From NCBI GenBank assembly GCA_051362555.1, contig CM120646.1:7812001-7876000 (forward strand): 64,000 nucleotides of DNA, read 5' to 3'. Positions 25,405 to 37,859 of this stretch are shown here, in pieces. The translations under genes and the position numbers were made by a program. How positions within the stretch are numbered: position 1 is the first letter of the stretch; every line of letters starts with the position of its first letter. Origin of the DNA: Lingula anatina. Its lineage: Eukaryota; Animalia; Brachiopoda. Below the pieces are notes generated by a model that did no database searches, was not told where the DNA came from, and saw only the letters and a list, made by a program, of their open reading frames with translations.

Positions 25405-25491
25405 TTATTATACTTGGTCGAACTATTCCACAACTTGAAATATATCCGGTCGTCGTATTTGGCGCCAGTGTGGAATTGGTGCTAGCAGAGG
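25405..25491 (-). CDS. Gene 2 membrane-proximal stalk/omega-site exon (ASASTNSTLAPNTTTGYISSCGIVRPSII), 87 bp
   Basis: tatatttaag|CC ... A|gtaaga, phase 1-1, open frame, Ser/Thr-rich with NST and NTT sequons. Confidence 0.7.
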
Positions 25492-26134
25492 CTTAAATAT
25501 AGATAAGCAATACACTTCCATAAAGTGACGTTGAGTCTAAAATATTGCTTGAAACACGTTTCTAAAAAGTGTTTTACATACGACACTTTGTATATTTCCT
25601 TGCTTTACCTTTTGTTACTGAATATAAAAACTGTGCATACTATCAAAGTATTAAGTATCGAAAGATGTTTGCACGATTACACAAAAAAATAGATTCAATT
25701 TCTTTCACCGGAGTTTAAAGAAAAGAAAAAATTCGCAAATGTATTTATCACTTAATGTTTCAACTATATGTTTACTTCAAATATAAGGATTTATTGACAA
25801 TATCTGTTAATACAGTATATACAGTCGTTATTAAATGCTTGTTCATTTTATGAATTGACAGGAAAATGGCTTCACATGTCTTCATTTAAACCCCTCGGGT
25901 AAGAAAGTTATTTTGCTGTGAACTGTTATCAGAAGTTTGAATATTCATCTTAAAGGTTCAAATTCTCCTCTTCTATCAGTAATTAATGTAATTGTATTCA
26001 ACAATCAATCTTATTGCTTATCCTAAAGTGATTGTGACGTCTCAAGTATGAGTGACAATTCATAACTGTGATATCATAATCATAATCACATCCATAACCA
26101 AGGAAAGCATTAAGAGGTTCAGAAGTGCTTTTAT

Positions 26135-26136
<2 letters not shown>

Positions 26137-26169
<33 letters not shown>
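26137..26169. repeat. (GT)n microsatellite, paralogous to 36138-36164
   Basis: Both follow agaagtgcttttatac. Confidence 0.9.
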
Positions 26170-26170
<1 letters not shown>

Positions 26171-26309
26171 AAATCAAAATACTTCGATATTAACAAAAAG
26201 TCAAAGAACTCTACTACAGATAGAATAAAATTTACGGCTGATAGGAAATCCACAAGTCAGGAAGATTCTTAGGCACAGGAAAAGCGAATGCATCGCAAGT
26301 GGTACTTAC

Positions 26310-26351
26310 CTATCGAATTTGTAGTTTTTTTCGTGGTGGTTGTTAAAGGAG
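26310..26351 (-). CDS. Gene 2 stalk micro-exon after C5 (APLTTTTKKTTNSI)
   Basis: tctttcag| 42 bp |gtaagt, phase 1-1. Confidence 0.8.
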
Positions 26352-26671
26352 CTGAAAGAAATTATAAAGTGATATTTAATACCCAGTCACCTTCAAGGTT
26401 ATTAAGAACTGCAATTATAATAACCAGTTATGAAGTGATAAGTACAGCCTATTGCAAAGCAGAATGGTTCAGATAAGTGCAGCGTTTAAACGAAGCACGA
26501 AGTCGGTAAGCGTTGAAGTATCTATTTCTGCTTCAATTTCAAAAAAGGGTCCACCACCCTGGCAAGTGTCTCGAGCCTAACTGGAGACATATGTACATTT
26601 CCTCTTTACCTTTTGACATCTACCATTTTTGTCTTATAAAAAACTCATCCAATCAACACATTTGTACATAC

Positions 26672-26983
26672 CAGCACTTTTAGGCACCGTGATCTTTGTC
26701 ATGATCTGACTTATAAGTGAGTCGTGTAGTAGCTGGCAAGTCAATTCCACTGGATCTGCCTGAGTTCCCATCACTTCAACTGCACTTTCGACCAGAAAGG
26801 TGTCTCCCTGGCTTCGCTCATTTCTAGAGGTTTCATTTACCGTGACTTCTATCTGGTCAGAAGTTCGTATTTTAAACCATTTTATCTCAGGTGCTGGTCT
26901 GCCGCCATCAGAAGCACAAGTTACCCGGTAGGTATCTGTGGCAACCTGGGGTCCTCGTCGAATCTGGGGTGGGTACGGTCGAT
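26672..26983 (-). CDS. Gene 2 C2-type Ig exon C5, 312 bp
   Basis: ttttacag|AT ... G|gtatgt. TCASDGGRPAPEIKWFK...LTCQLLHDSL. Confidence 0.9.
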
Positions 26984-27534
26984 CTGTAAAAGATACAAAG
27001 AAACAAGACATGGGGTTTACGTGGGATTGTGTCACGTTAACTTCAATATCTAATTTTAGTTGTCTTATCTGATATTCAAAAGCCAATGTAACACTGTGTT
27101 TATTAGTCTATTATATTAAATCATTATTCCCTGAAAACCTGCGGAGTTTTTAGGTTTAATGTGTCTGTCCATAGAAGGTCTTGTCAAATTTTGGGCAACT
27201 GTTTTGGCAAGTGCGACAACGTTTCTTTCTTAGAAAAAAATTTCGGAGATATGTTTGGACAAGCCTGATTTGTAGTTCACACTCGAGAAGAAATCAAATC
27301 ATAATCTTAAAAACGGGCTTATACGCTGATTGTAAAGACTGCAAAGGTTCAAAACTTTAGATCTTCGTATTTTATTTTTGAGAATATGGGTCAACATTTT
27401 CAACTTATCAAAATCAACTTAAGACTGCTTCTTTTCCCTGTTGATTCTATTCTAATTTATTCATGCTTTATCTATAAGAAAAAGCTTTTGCCTTATAATT
27501 TTCATTTCAATGCATGTAAGTGATTTTTACTTAC

Positions 27535-27909
27535 ATGCTAATTTTAGGTTCTGCGCCAATGATATTGACATGGGATTATTGAAAAAGGTGGAAACTTTGC
27601 AGTGATAACTCCCCTCATCTGCCACTGTAACTGCCCGCATTATCACCGTGAATGATGGATCAGAGACTGTAACCGTCACGTCAGTTCTAGTGGAAAAAGA
27701 GTTCTGCAGCTGGTAACTCCCATCAGAAATCACTATCCCCACTATTTGGTTTGAATCGGTCGTTCCATCTTTGTAAAAATACACGACCTGCATCGTCTCT
27801 CCGGAATCAACAGTGTAACTGCAAACAAGGTCCACTGTTGGTGGGATGCCGCTTTCAGGATTCATGACCAAGCCGTTAGAAGGTAAATCAGCCAGTATTA
27901 CTTTTAACT
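27535..27909 (-). CDS. Gene 2 V-set exon V5, 375 bp
   Basis: ttatatag|AG ... T|gtaagt. LVCSY...ADEGSYHC, open frame. Confidence 0.9.
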
Positions 27910-28565
27910 CTATATAATAAGAACAAATAATAATTATTATTATTTAAAAATCATGGGAAATGTTTAACAATAAATCCCTCAATTATTCAATTTGTATTCT
28001 GGAGAGTTGATTTAAGTGTTGAGTGTCACAATGTTATCTGATGTGATATAATGTGATGTATCAATCCTTGCAATTGGTTTATATTGTAAAATGTAAGTTC
28101 ACTCATTAGTGTTCGTGTTTTATGTTGACAGGCTTTCACCTGTGGATTACAGTATTACTGTAAATTTCATAAAGAGTTCGCAAAGTTTACAACATAGCAG
28201 CATTAAGGTTAATAAGATCATGTTGTTTTATCGTCTTTTCATTCGACTATAACATCAAAAACTTTTATCGGATGCCAAGTACTTCTACCATGCAGGAGGC
28301 ATTTTTCCTATCCTTATCATAAAAAAGGGTAGCGCTATGATTATTAGAGGTATAAATTTTTTTCTTGGATCGTTGATGTAGAATTTATCATCATCTTGGT
28401 TAAAATTGACATATGAATTCGATTTTGTTCTTCACCTTTTGAAAAAACTGCGTCATTTTGGGAGTATATGGAAGCGAATTCCTTGTTTTTATGAAAATAT
28501 TAAGTGGACAAATCTTCCAGCCATTTAATTATTTTAAAGTAGAGAAATTCTCATTTAGGTCCTAC

Positions 28566-28611
28566 CAACAGATGAATATGGAGTTACAAACAGCAGTACA
28601 TGAATACACAT
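28566..28611 (-). other. Internal leader-like exon upstream of V5 (MCIHVLLFVTPYSSV), possibly still usable
   Basis: Homologous to the leader exons. In-frame ATG at 28611 and intact phase-1 donor G|gtagga. Confidence 0.45.
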
Positions 28612-29520
28612 CTTTATCTTAACTTTGTCTTTATCTTTATCGACGATTTTCTTACAGTCACCCCTTGTAGACTTTATCTTTTATCTTTTCACTAAAGATA
28701 TAAATGAATTATTATACACTTCAAAGCAAAGTACAAAATACCTCTGGAAAATAACTTGAAATACACTAAATTATATTCTGTTTTCTTTCTATGAATACTT
28801 CATAGGTTAATAAATCTAATAATTATTTATCCTTTTGCAATAAAAAAAATGAAATAAATGTCACATTAAGATAAATTCAGACCGACTATAAATAAGTATA
28901 GGCCAGATTAAATGTTACAGGCACTCTGTACAGGATTTACCTGCGAGCCTTCGTCTGCAAAGTCAGTTTTACCTACAAATCATTCCCTGCACTTGGAATC
29001 GGTATTTTATTCCATTTTGGTTTAGTTTTGATCTGGTTTGAAATTACTGACCAGCCATTTCAATTTTGACTCAGATATTTTAACAAATCGTTCTTCTAAA
29101 GGCCTACGATAAGCTTTTACGCCTCTATAAACCTGATAGATGGGGAAATTTTTAAAATTAGCCTCAAGCACAGGATTCTAGGATTAATTGTTGCCATACT
29201 GCGGACACCCAGAATCCTGTGCTGGAGGAAAAAATCAAATTTTCCTCTTCTATCAGAACTTAAGGCACTTATTCAACAGTCAATCAACAAATGAGATTGT
29301 AATGACAAAACTATGACTTGGCAATTCACAACTATGATGTCATAATCACATCCATAACTAGAAGAAAGATTCAAATAGCTCCACTACAGATAGAATGAAA
29401 TTAACAGCTGATACGAAATCCACCAGTCAACCGGCAAAGGGTTCCATAGCAAAATCTTAAACACAAAAACTGAATATTTTGAAGCACAATAAAACTTTAT
29501 GTATTGCAAATGGCACTTAC

Positions 29521-29562
29521 CTGTCGAATTTGTAGGGTTTTCTGTGGTGGTCGTTGAAGGAG
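29521..29562 (-). CDS. Gene 2 stalk micro-exon after C4 (APSTTTTENPTNST)
   Basis: tcttttag| 42 bp |gtaagt. Confidence 0.8.
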
Positions 29563-29824
29563 CTAAAAGAAAGCATTGAAACGACACATAATATCCAATG
29601 ACCCTCTAGCCTGTTAAGAACTGCAATTATGTATCGTCACCAGTTATACAGCCTATTTCAATGCAGTATGGTTCAGAAAATTACAGTGCTAAAATGAAGC
29701 ATGAAGTTGGTAAGCATCAGAGTATGATTGTTTCCACCACCCTGGCAAATGTCTCGAGTCTAACTGGCGACATATTGGTATTTTCTCTTTGGCTTTTGAC
29801 ATAAAAAAAATCATTCAATCACCA

Positions 29825-29924
29825 CCCTAAGGAAAAAGTCCTATAGGATCCTATAAGAAATTGGTCCGACTTCCCATAGAATCATATAGGATCTTTTAGT
29901 ATCCTATAGGGGTTTTCGTAAGAG
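29825..29924. mobile_element. Small MITE-like insertion about 15 bp from the C4 donor
   Basis: cctatagga-rich imperfect palindrome absent from the paralogous introns. Confidence 0.55.
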
Positions 29925-29939
29925 CAAATTTGTACATAC

Positions 29940-30251
29940 CAGCACTTTCAGGCACCGTGATTTTTGACGTGATCTGACTTATAAGTGAGACATGCAGTAG
30001 TTGGCAAATTAATTTTACTGGATCTGCTTGGGTTGCCATCACTTCAACTGCACTTTCGACCAGAAAAGTGTCTCCTTGGCTTTGCTCATTTCTAGAGGTT
30101 TCATTTAACACAACCTCCACCTGGTCAGAACTTTGCATTTTAAACCATTTTATCTCAGGTGCTGGTCTGCCGCCATCAGAAGCACAAGTTACCCGGTAGG
30201 TATCTGTGGCAACTTGGGGTCCGCGTCTAATCTGGGGTGGGTACGGTCGAT
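29940..30251 (-). CDS. Gene 2 C2-type Ig exon C4, 312 bp
   Basis: ttttgcag|AT ... G|gtatgt, open frame, Cys-Trp-Cys core. Confidence 0.9.
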
Positions 30252-30389
30252 CTGCAAAAGATACAAAGAAACAAGACATGGGGTTTACATTAGTTATGGG
30301 TTTGTGTTATGTTAACCTCAATATTTAATTTAAGTTTTTTTATCTGATATTCAAAAGCCAATGTAACATCGAGTTTTTTTAGTTTATCA

Positions 30390-30945
30390 TTATTATTTAT
30401 TATCATTACCAAACTTGCAACACGAGGGTTGGATAATTACAATCATTGCATCACAGTCGGATAAAACCATTAGTAAGTAAGAACAAAAGAATTTTAAAAG
30501 ACATATGTAAGCAAATTTAAAACAAAATGTCTAAAATGCAAGGTTAAAAAAAAGGAATAAAAGTCAATCAGTTAATTCTGAAACTTGTATATGGCACTTG
30601 TTAAAAAGTCACTCATTGATCGTTTGGTTTTAATTTTAGGTCTTCTAAAAGTTTCCTGTTCCCTCAATGAATATTTGGCATTTTGTTTTGGTTGCAAAAG
30701 ATAATACAGTCTGTGATCCGGTTTATTTGATATACTAAAAAACAATTTTTTTGCATGCATTGATCCGTCTTGCACTCAGTAGTTCAAGTTTACTATGTTC
30801 ACAAGCAGCGTCATATTCAAGTTCAGGATAAATCATCTTAAGAGCTCTTTCTTGAGACTTTTCTACTAAGGCAGTCAATTCATTTGTTAACCCAAAGTGC
30901 CAGACAGGGGCAGCACATTCCAAAACTGGCCTTATGACCGTCATA
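30390..30945 (-). mobile_element. 5'-truncated non-LTR retrotransposon (CR1/L2-group RT C-terminus)
   Basis: VIRPVLECAAPVWH...LVEKSQERALKMIYP resembles the post-RT IRPxLEYAxPVW motif. Absent from the paralogous introns and has a TAA-rich 3' tail. Confidence 0.75.
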
Positions 30946-31159
30946 TTTTAAAAGTGATTATTCCCCGACAACCTGCGGAGTTTTTAGGTTTAATAAGTCT
31001 GTCCATAGAAGGTCTTGGCAAATTTTCCGAAACTGCTTTTGGCAGGCACGACAAGTTAACGTTTCTTTCTTAGAAAAAACTTGCAGAAATATGTTTGGAC
31101 AAGCCCGATTTGTAGTTCACACTCGAAAAGAGATCAAATCATAATCTGATAATTGCGTT

Positions 31160-31815
31160 TTAATAATAATGATAATAATAATAAACCTTATTTAAAGGGT
31201 AAAACATGCTAAGTGTGCACATTATATTACACATGGCACTCTAGGGGGTTAAGATGAAATGTTGTGCTAATGAATAAAAGATGAATAAATTATGAAATAA
31301 AAATGGCAATGAGGTAAAAATGAAATGAGATTGAAATACACAAGTAATATGAATAAAACAGAAGGCGTTCTGTTAGTAAAAATCCTAAAGTTACAGGACT
31401 TACTCTGTAAAAGTTGTATACATAAAATTTACTTTTGGATTTTTTAACAAAACTTTAAAAGTATCCAAGGCTTTGGAGTTTTTGATTTCAGAGTGTAGGC
31501 AGTTCCATATTTTAATCGAGGTCTATATTGGGCCTTAAGTTAGTATGTCTTTATGTCTGCCAAATGGTAAGTAGATATTATTTGATTGGGTGATTCTGCC
31601 GGTAGTGTCTATTGTTGTAATTCTCAGCGAGTCTTTGATATATTTAGGTAACAGTCCATTTAAAGCTTTAAAAACTAATGTGGCTATCTTAAATTCACTC
31701 CGTTCATGGATTGTTTGCCATTTTAGTTTCTTGAATAGCTCAGTTGTTGGATATTTCTTGGCTTCTTTTTCTGCAATGATTCTTATTCCACGTTTCTGAA
31801 GTTTGTACCGTCCTA
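31160..31815 (-). mobile_element. Second 5'-truncated LINE fragment (L2/Crack-like ORF2 C-terminus)
   Basis: LQKRGIRII...ELFKKLKWQTIHER...LVFKALNGLLPKYI, with a (TTA)n tail at about 31162-31185. Confidence 0.75.
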
Positions 31816-31825
31816 ATATTATGTA

Positions 31826-32621
31826 TGTGTGCATTTATTCCGTCAGCCATAAGAAGATTAGATGCGATTATAACGACGGAAAATACAATAGAGGGAGTGT
31901 GATAATTATAGGGTCGCTAAACGATTTTTGACGGAATATAGTGACTACCCTAATCCCCTGGTCGCCTGGGTAGGCACTCCCCCTTAGAGTACTTATGTAA
32001 ACAAACGGTCTCCCGTGGCGAACTATGCTTTTGTTCAACAGCTTCGCGCGTGCAGCGGATTATATTTGTAGTGACAATATATAGCTAACTGCAGTTGAAC
32101 CTGTGAAAGCTGTCATTTGATTCACTCTGCTGTGTCGGACGTTGTGGACCAGCCCAGTGTTTCATTCACTTATTCTTTTCTGAAGATTGGTGATGCAGAT
32201 TTTGAGTGCTTAATTATTTAACCTCCTTCTAACAAGAGAAAGGGGAAGGGAGAGAAACAGAGATATCAAATGAATTGGGTAGAATGAGAACTACAATACA
32301 TTAATTAAAGGGGCTCGAGGTGAAAAAAGGTGATGGCCCATAACAGGAGGGATTATACTCTAAATAGAGACTCATTGTTGTATGGTTTATATTTGTGCTG
32401 ACTTATAATTTGCTCTCGTTTATTTCTTGGAACTAGTTCCTTGAAAGAAATTTTGCCTATATAAATTTACTCTGTGACATGAATTAATTAATAGAACACG
32501 CCTGTTGAAAAGGAGGCTTTTCGTAACTAATACAGTTTCACAGGTAAATTGTTCAGAAAAACACCGTCGCCGTTCGTCGCCGCTACCTTCAGGAAAGTGT
32601 ATCCTCCGCTTGGATCACCGG

Positions 32622-32656
<35 letters not shown>

Positions 32657-32680
32657 TCTGACAAATTAGGGCAGATTTCA
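31826..32680. repeat. About 850 bp interspersed repeat, inverted copy of about 44760-45620
   Basis: e.g. ctaatcccctggtcgcctgggtag (about 31950) versus ctacccaggcgaccaggggattag (about 45467). Confidence 0.85.
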
Positions 32681-32812
32681 ATTTACGTTTTGACTATTAA
32701 TTCTGAATTTACTAATATTTTGGGCTATCATAATGTATTCATGCTTTATCTGTAAAAAATTGCTTTTGTCATATACTTTTCATTTCAATATGCATAAGTG
32801 ATTTTTACTTAC

Positions 32813-33187
32813 ATACTAGGTTCAGGTTCTGCGCCAATGACAATGACATGGGATAATTAACAAAGGTGGACACTTTGCAGTAATAACTCCCCTCATCTGC
32901 CAATGTGACTGTCCCAATTGTCACCGTGAATGATGGATCAGAGAATGTAACTGTCACGTCAGTTCTATCGGAAAAAGAGTTCTGCAGCTGGTAACTAACA
33001 TCAGAAATCACTATTCCCACTATTTGGCTTGAATTGGTCGTTCCATCTTTATAGAAATACACGACCTGCATTGTCTCTCTGGGATCCACTGTGTAACTAC
33101 AAACAAGGTCCACTGCTGGTGGGATGCTGCTTGCAGGATTCATGACCAAGCCGTTAGAAGGTAAAACCACCATTGTTACTTCCAACC
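32813..33187 (-). CDS. Gene 2 V-set exon V4, 375 bp
   Basis: ttatatag|GG ... T|gtaagt. ADEGSYYC, open frame. Confidence 0.9.
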
Positions 33188-33779
33188 CTATATAATAAGA
33201 ACAAATAATACTTATCAAGAATCATATTAAAAAACCCTTGAAACGTTTAGCAATAAATCCCTCAATTATTCGATTTGTGTTCTTAAGAATTGATTTAAGT
33301 GTTGAGTGTTGAGTGCAATTGCTTTATATTGTAAAATACAAGTTCACTCATTTGTGTTCATGTTATGTTTTGACAGACTTTGAGGTGTGGATTACAGGAT
33401 TACTGTAAATTTCATAAAGAGTTGGCAAAGTTTACAAATGTAGTAGCAGAGAGGTTAATAAGGTCATGTTGTTTTATCGTCTTGTCATTCGTCAATAACA
33501 TCAAACACTTTTATCTGTTGCCAAGTACTTCTACCATGCAGGATGCATTTTTACTATCCTTGTCATAAAAAAGGGTAGCACCATGATTATTCAAAGAGGT
33601 ATGAAGTTTTTTCTTGGATCGTTGATGTAGAATTTATCATCATCTTGGTTCTTCACCTTTTGAAAACCTGCGTCACTTGATGGGTCTATGGAGGTGATAT
33701 TGTTTTTATGAAAAGATTAAGTGGACAAATCTTCCAGCCATTTAATTATTTTAAAGTAGAGAAATTCTCATTTAGGTCC

Positions 33780-33842
33780 TATTCCATCAAAAGAATATGG
33801 AGTTTACAAACAGCAGTACATAAATACACAACGTCTTTATAT
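33780..33842 (-). pseudogene. Dead leader relic upstream of V4
   Basis: ATA AAG ACG TTG TGT ATT TAT GTA CTG CTG TTT (ATG changed to ATA), donor mutated. Confidence 0.6.
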
Positions 33843-34343
33843 AAACTTTATCTTTATCGACAGTTTTCTCACAGTCACCCCTTATAGACTTTATCTTTTA
33901 TCTTTTCATCAATGATATAAATGAAATATTCTACACCTCAAATCAGAGTACAAAATATCTCTGGGAAATGCCTTTAGATACACTAAATAATATTCTGTTT
34001 TCTTTCTATGAATTTCTCATAGGTTAATAAATCTAATATTAATTCATCCTTTGCAAAAAAAATTAAATAAATGTCACAGCAAGATAAATTCTGACCGACT
34101 ATAAATCAGCATAGACCAGATTAAATGTTAAAAGCACTCTGTACGGGATATACCTGTCAAATCGAGCCTTCCTCTGCAAAGGTCAGGTTAACCTACGAAT
34201 CATTTCCTGCACTTCGAATCGGTATTTTTTTCTCCATTTTTGATGTACTTTTGATTTGGTTTAGAATAACTGACCAGTTATTTCAATTTTGACTCAGATT
34301 ATTAAACAAATCATTCTTCTTAAGGCCTACGATAAGCTTCTGT

Positions 34344-34441
34344 CCCAGCAGACAAACAACATTGATTCACCATTGAATCAACGTTAATTTTGATGGATCG
34401 ACGTTGAATCAACGTAGAATCAATGTCGTTTGCCTGCTGGG
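34344..34441. mobile_element. 98 bp MITE
   Basis: TIR cccagcagacaaac / gtttgcctgctggg flanked by tgt on both sides. Absent in the paralogous introns. Confidence 0.75.
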
Positions 34442-34843
34442 TGTGCCTCGATAACACGGCTAGATGGGAAAATTTTTAAGTTTTCCTAAAGCACAGGATT
34501 CTAGGATTAATTGTTGCCATAAAGTGGACACATAGAATCCTGTGCTGGGGGAAATTTTTTCCTTTTCTATCAGAACTTAATACACTTATTTGACAATCAG
34601 TCTTATTGTGTATCAAAATGAAATTGTAACGACAAAACTATGACGTGACAATTCAGAACTATGTTGTTATAATCACATCCATAACTAGAACACAAATTCA
34701 AAGAGCTTTACTACTGATAGAACGAAATTAACAGATGATAAGAAATCCACCAGTCAACCGGCAAAGGGTTCCATAAAGTCTCAAACACGAAAATGGACTA
34801 TTATGAAGCACAAGAAAACTTAATGCATTGCAAATGGCATTAC

Positions 34844-34885
34844 CTGTCGTATTTGAAGGGCTTTCTGTGGTGGTCGTCGAGGGAA
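34844..34885 (-). CDS. Gene 2 extra stalk micro-exon before V4 (xPSTTTTESPSNTT)
   Basis: tctttcag| 42 bp G|gtaatg, phase 1-1. Confidence 0.7.
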
Positions 34886-35120
34886 CTGAAAGAAAGCATT
34901 AAAATGATAATTAATATCTAGTCACCTTCTAGCCTGTTAAGAGCTGCAATTATGTATCGTCACCAGTTATGCAGTGATAAGTACAGCATATTTCAATGCA
35001 GAATAGTTCAGAAAAGTACAGCGCTAAAATGAGGCAAGAAGTCGGTATGCATCGAAGTATTTTTTTCTGATTCACTTTAAAAAAAAGGTTCCACCACCCT
35101 GGCAAGTGTGTCGAGTCTAA

Positions 35121-35851
35121 AGCCCGCCGCACACAGAACGATTTTTCGTCGGCCGACACACTTACGACAAAATATCGGCCTGTCTGCGTTGCTCCACGAC
35201 AACTTTTCAACTAGTCGGGAGAAAAATCAAACATGTTTGATTTTAAAACATCGTACCGTAGTGTGTGCACTTTCCTATGACAATTTGTCGCGCTGATCAT
35301 TATCTTCTGCCAATGGTTGCGCCATCTGATATCACGTGCCCACGTCAGAATTCAATTCAATTCGGTATGATGGACGGTCCTATAATTTTCTATTAGTATT
35401 AGCTTTTTTTTCAGCGTCATAAATCATTTAACGACGTAAAGCTGCATCGAGGCGATTAAATCTGTCTAAACCAACAAACTGTTGTCATCCTATAGGCTGT
35501 ATTTTTATGGTCTATGAGTGTTGCATTGATTTAAAAATTTTGGGCATTTCAATTTGCTCATTTTTCATTAAATTAATTAAAGTAATCTTGTTATACTCTT
35601 ACATTTAATTTTTACTCTTATCATTACAATATCAGATATAAAATATAAATAGGCCTGCAGTAACTTTTCCTGATTAAATTAAACAACGCCCCACCTCACG
35701 GACGAGATAATAACTACGGTACGTCACTTTCACCACACCAGTCGGCGCTTTGTTGCGACAGCTTGTCGTGTGTGTGCGCTGATCTCATCCAAGATGACAG
35801 ATCGGCTGACTTTTGTCGGCCGGCGAAAAATTGTTCTGTGTGCGGCAGGCT
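35121..35851. mobile_element. PIF/Harbinger-type MITE with TAA target-site duplication
   Basis: TIR agcccgccgcacacagaacgatttttcg / cgaaaaattgttctgtgtgcggcaggct, TAA on both sides. The empty site gagtctaactgg is seen in paralogues. Confidence 0.85.
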
Positions 35852-36314
35852 TAACTGGTGATATATTGGTATTTTCTCTTTACATTTACCATTTATGTCT
35901 TATAAATTGGATTTTTATTGCCATTAAGTGGACACCTATACTTAGCTTGAAGAAATTTTCAAATTCTCCTCTTCTATCAGCAGTTAATGTACTTGTATTC
36001 AACAATCAATCTTATTGTTTATCTTATAGTTATTGTGAAGACTTGAATATGAGTGACAATCAATAACTGTGATGGCATAATCGTAATCACATCCATAACC
36101 AAGTAAAAACTTAAGAGGCTCAGAAGTGCTTTTATACGTGTGTGTGTGTGTGTGTGTGTGTGTGTTCAAGCAGCAAATCAAAATACTTGAATATTAAGAA
36201 CAATTCGAAGAATTCTACTAGAAGATAGAATGAAATTTACGGCTGATAAGAAATCCACAAGTCAGAAAGATTCTTAAGCACAGGAAAAGTGAATGCATTG
36301 CAAATGGTACTTAC

Positions 36315-36356
36315 TATTCGAAGTTGTAGGTTTTTTCGTGGTGGTTGTTAAAGGAG
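36315..36356 (-). CDS. Gene 2 stalk micro-exon after C3 (APLTTTTKKPTTSN)
   Basis: tctttcag| 42 bp A|gtaagt. Confidence 0.75.
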
Positions 36357-36625
36357 CTGAAAGAAAGCATAAAAAGTGATATTTAACACCCAGTGACTCT
36401 CAATGCTTTAAGAACTGCAATTATAATAACCAGTTATGAAGTGATAAGTACAGCCTATTGCAAAGCATAATGGTTCAGATAAGTGCTTCAATTTCAAAAA
36501 AGGGTCCACCACCCTGGCAAGTGTCTCGAGTCTAACTGGAGACATATTGACATTTTCTCTTTACCTTTTGACATCTACCATTTTTGTCTTATAAAAACTC
36601 ATTCCATCAACAAATTTGTACATAC

Positions 36626-36937
36626 CATCACTTTCAGGCACCGTGATTTTTGTCATGATCTGACTTATAAGTGAGTCGTGTAGTAGCTGGCAAATCAATT
36701 CCACTGGATCTGCTTGGGTTGCCATCACTTCAACTGCACTTTCAACCAGAAAGGTGTCTTGCTGGCTTTGCTCATTTCTAGAGGTTTCATTAACAGCGAC
36801 CTCCATCTGGTCAGAAGTTTGTATTTTAAACCATTTTATCTCAGGTGCTGGTCTGCCGCCATCAGAAGAGCAAGTTACCCGGTAGGTATCTGTGGCAACT
36901 TGGGGCCCTCGTGTAATCTGCGGTGGGTACGGTCGAT
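36626..36937 (-). CDS. Gene 2 C2-type Ig exon C3, 312 bp
   Basis: atttacag|AT ... G|gtatgt, open frame. Confidence 0.9.
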
Positions 36938-37484
36938 CTGTAAATGATACAAAGAAACAAGACACGGGGTTTACGTTAGGTATGGGTTTGTATCATGTTT
37001 ACCTCAATATCTGATATTCAAAAGCCAATTTAAAACTGTGTTTATAAGTCTATTATATTAAAGCATTATCCCCTGAAAACCTGTGGAGTTTTTAGGTTTA
37101 ATGTGTCTGTCCACAGCAGATCTTGGCAAATTTTCGTCAACTGTTTTTTTCTGCAAGCGTGAAAACATTTTATTTTTCTTAAAAAGAACTTGCAGAGATA
37201 TATGTTTTTGGACAAGCCCGATTTGTAGTTCACATTTGAAAAGAGATAAAAACATAATCTGATAATTGCGTTTTAAAAAAACAACTGTATGGTTAGAAAA
37301 GGGATTATATTCTGAATGTAAAGACTGCCAAGTTTAAAAGTTAAGATCTGTATTTCATTTTTGAGAATGTGAATCAACTTTTTCTTAAGACTGCCCCTAT
37401 CATAATATATTCATGCTTTATCTGTAAGATAAAGCTTTTGTCATATACTTTTTATTTCAATGCACGTAAATGATTTTTACTTAC

Positions 37485-37859
37485 ATACTAATTTGAGGTT
37501 CTGCGCCAATGATATTGACATGGGATTATTGAAAAAGGTGGAAACTTTGCAATGATAGCTCCCCTCATCTGCCAATGTGACTGTCCCAATTGTCAATGTG
37601 AATGATGGATCAGAGACTGTAACCGTCACGTCAGTTCTAGAGGCAAAAGCGTTCTGCAGCTGGTAACTCCCATCAGAAATCACTATCCCCACTATTTGGC
37701 TTGAATCGGTCATTCCATCTTTGTAAAAATACACGACCTGCATCGTCTCTCCAGGATCCACTGTGTAACTGCACACAAGTTCCACTGCTGGTGGGATTCC
37801 GCTTTCAGGATTCATGACCAAGCCATTAGAAGGTAAATCAGCCAGTGTTACTTCTAACC
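37485..37859 (-). CDS. Gene 2 V-set exon V3, 375 bp
   Basis: ttatatag|GG ... T|gtaagt, open frame. Confidence 0.9.
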
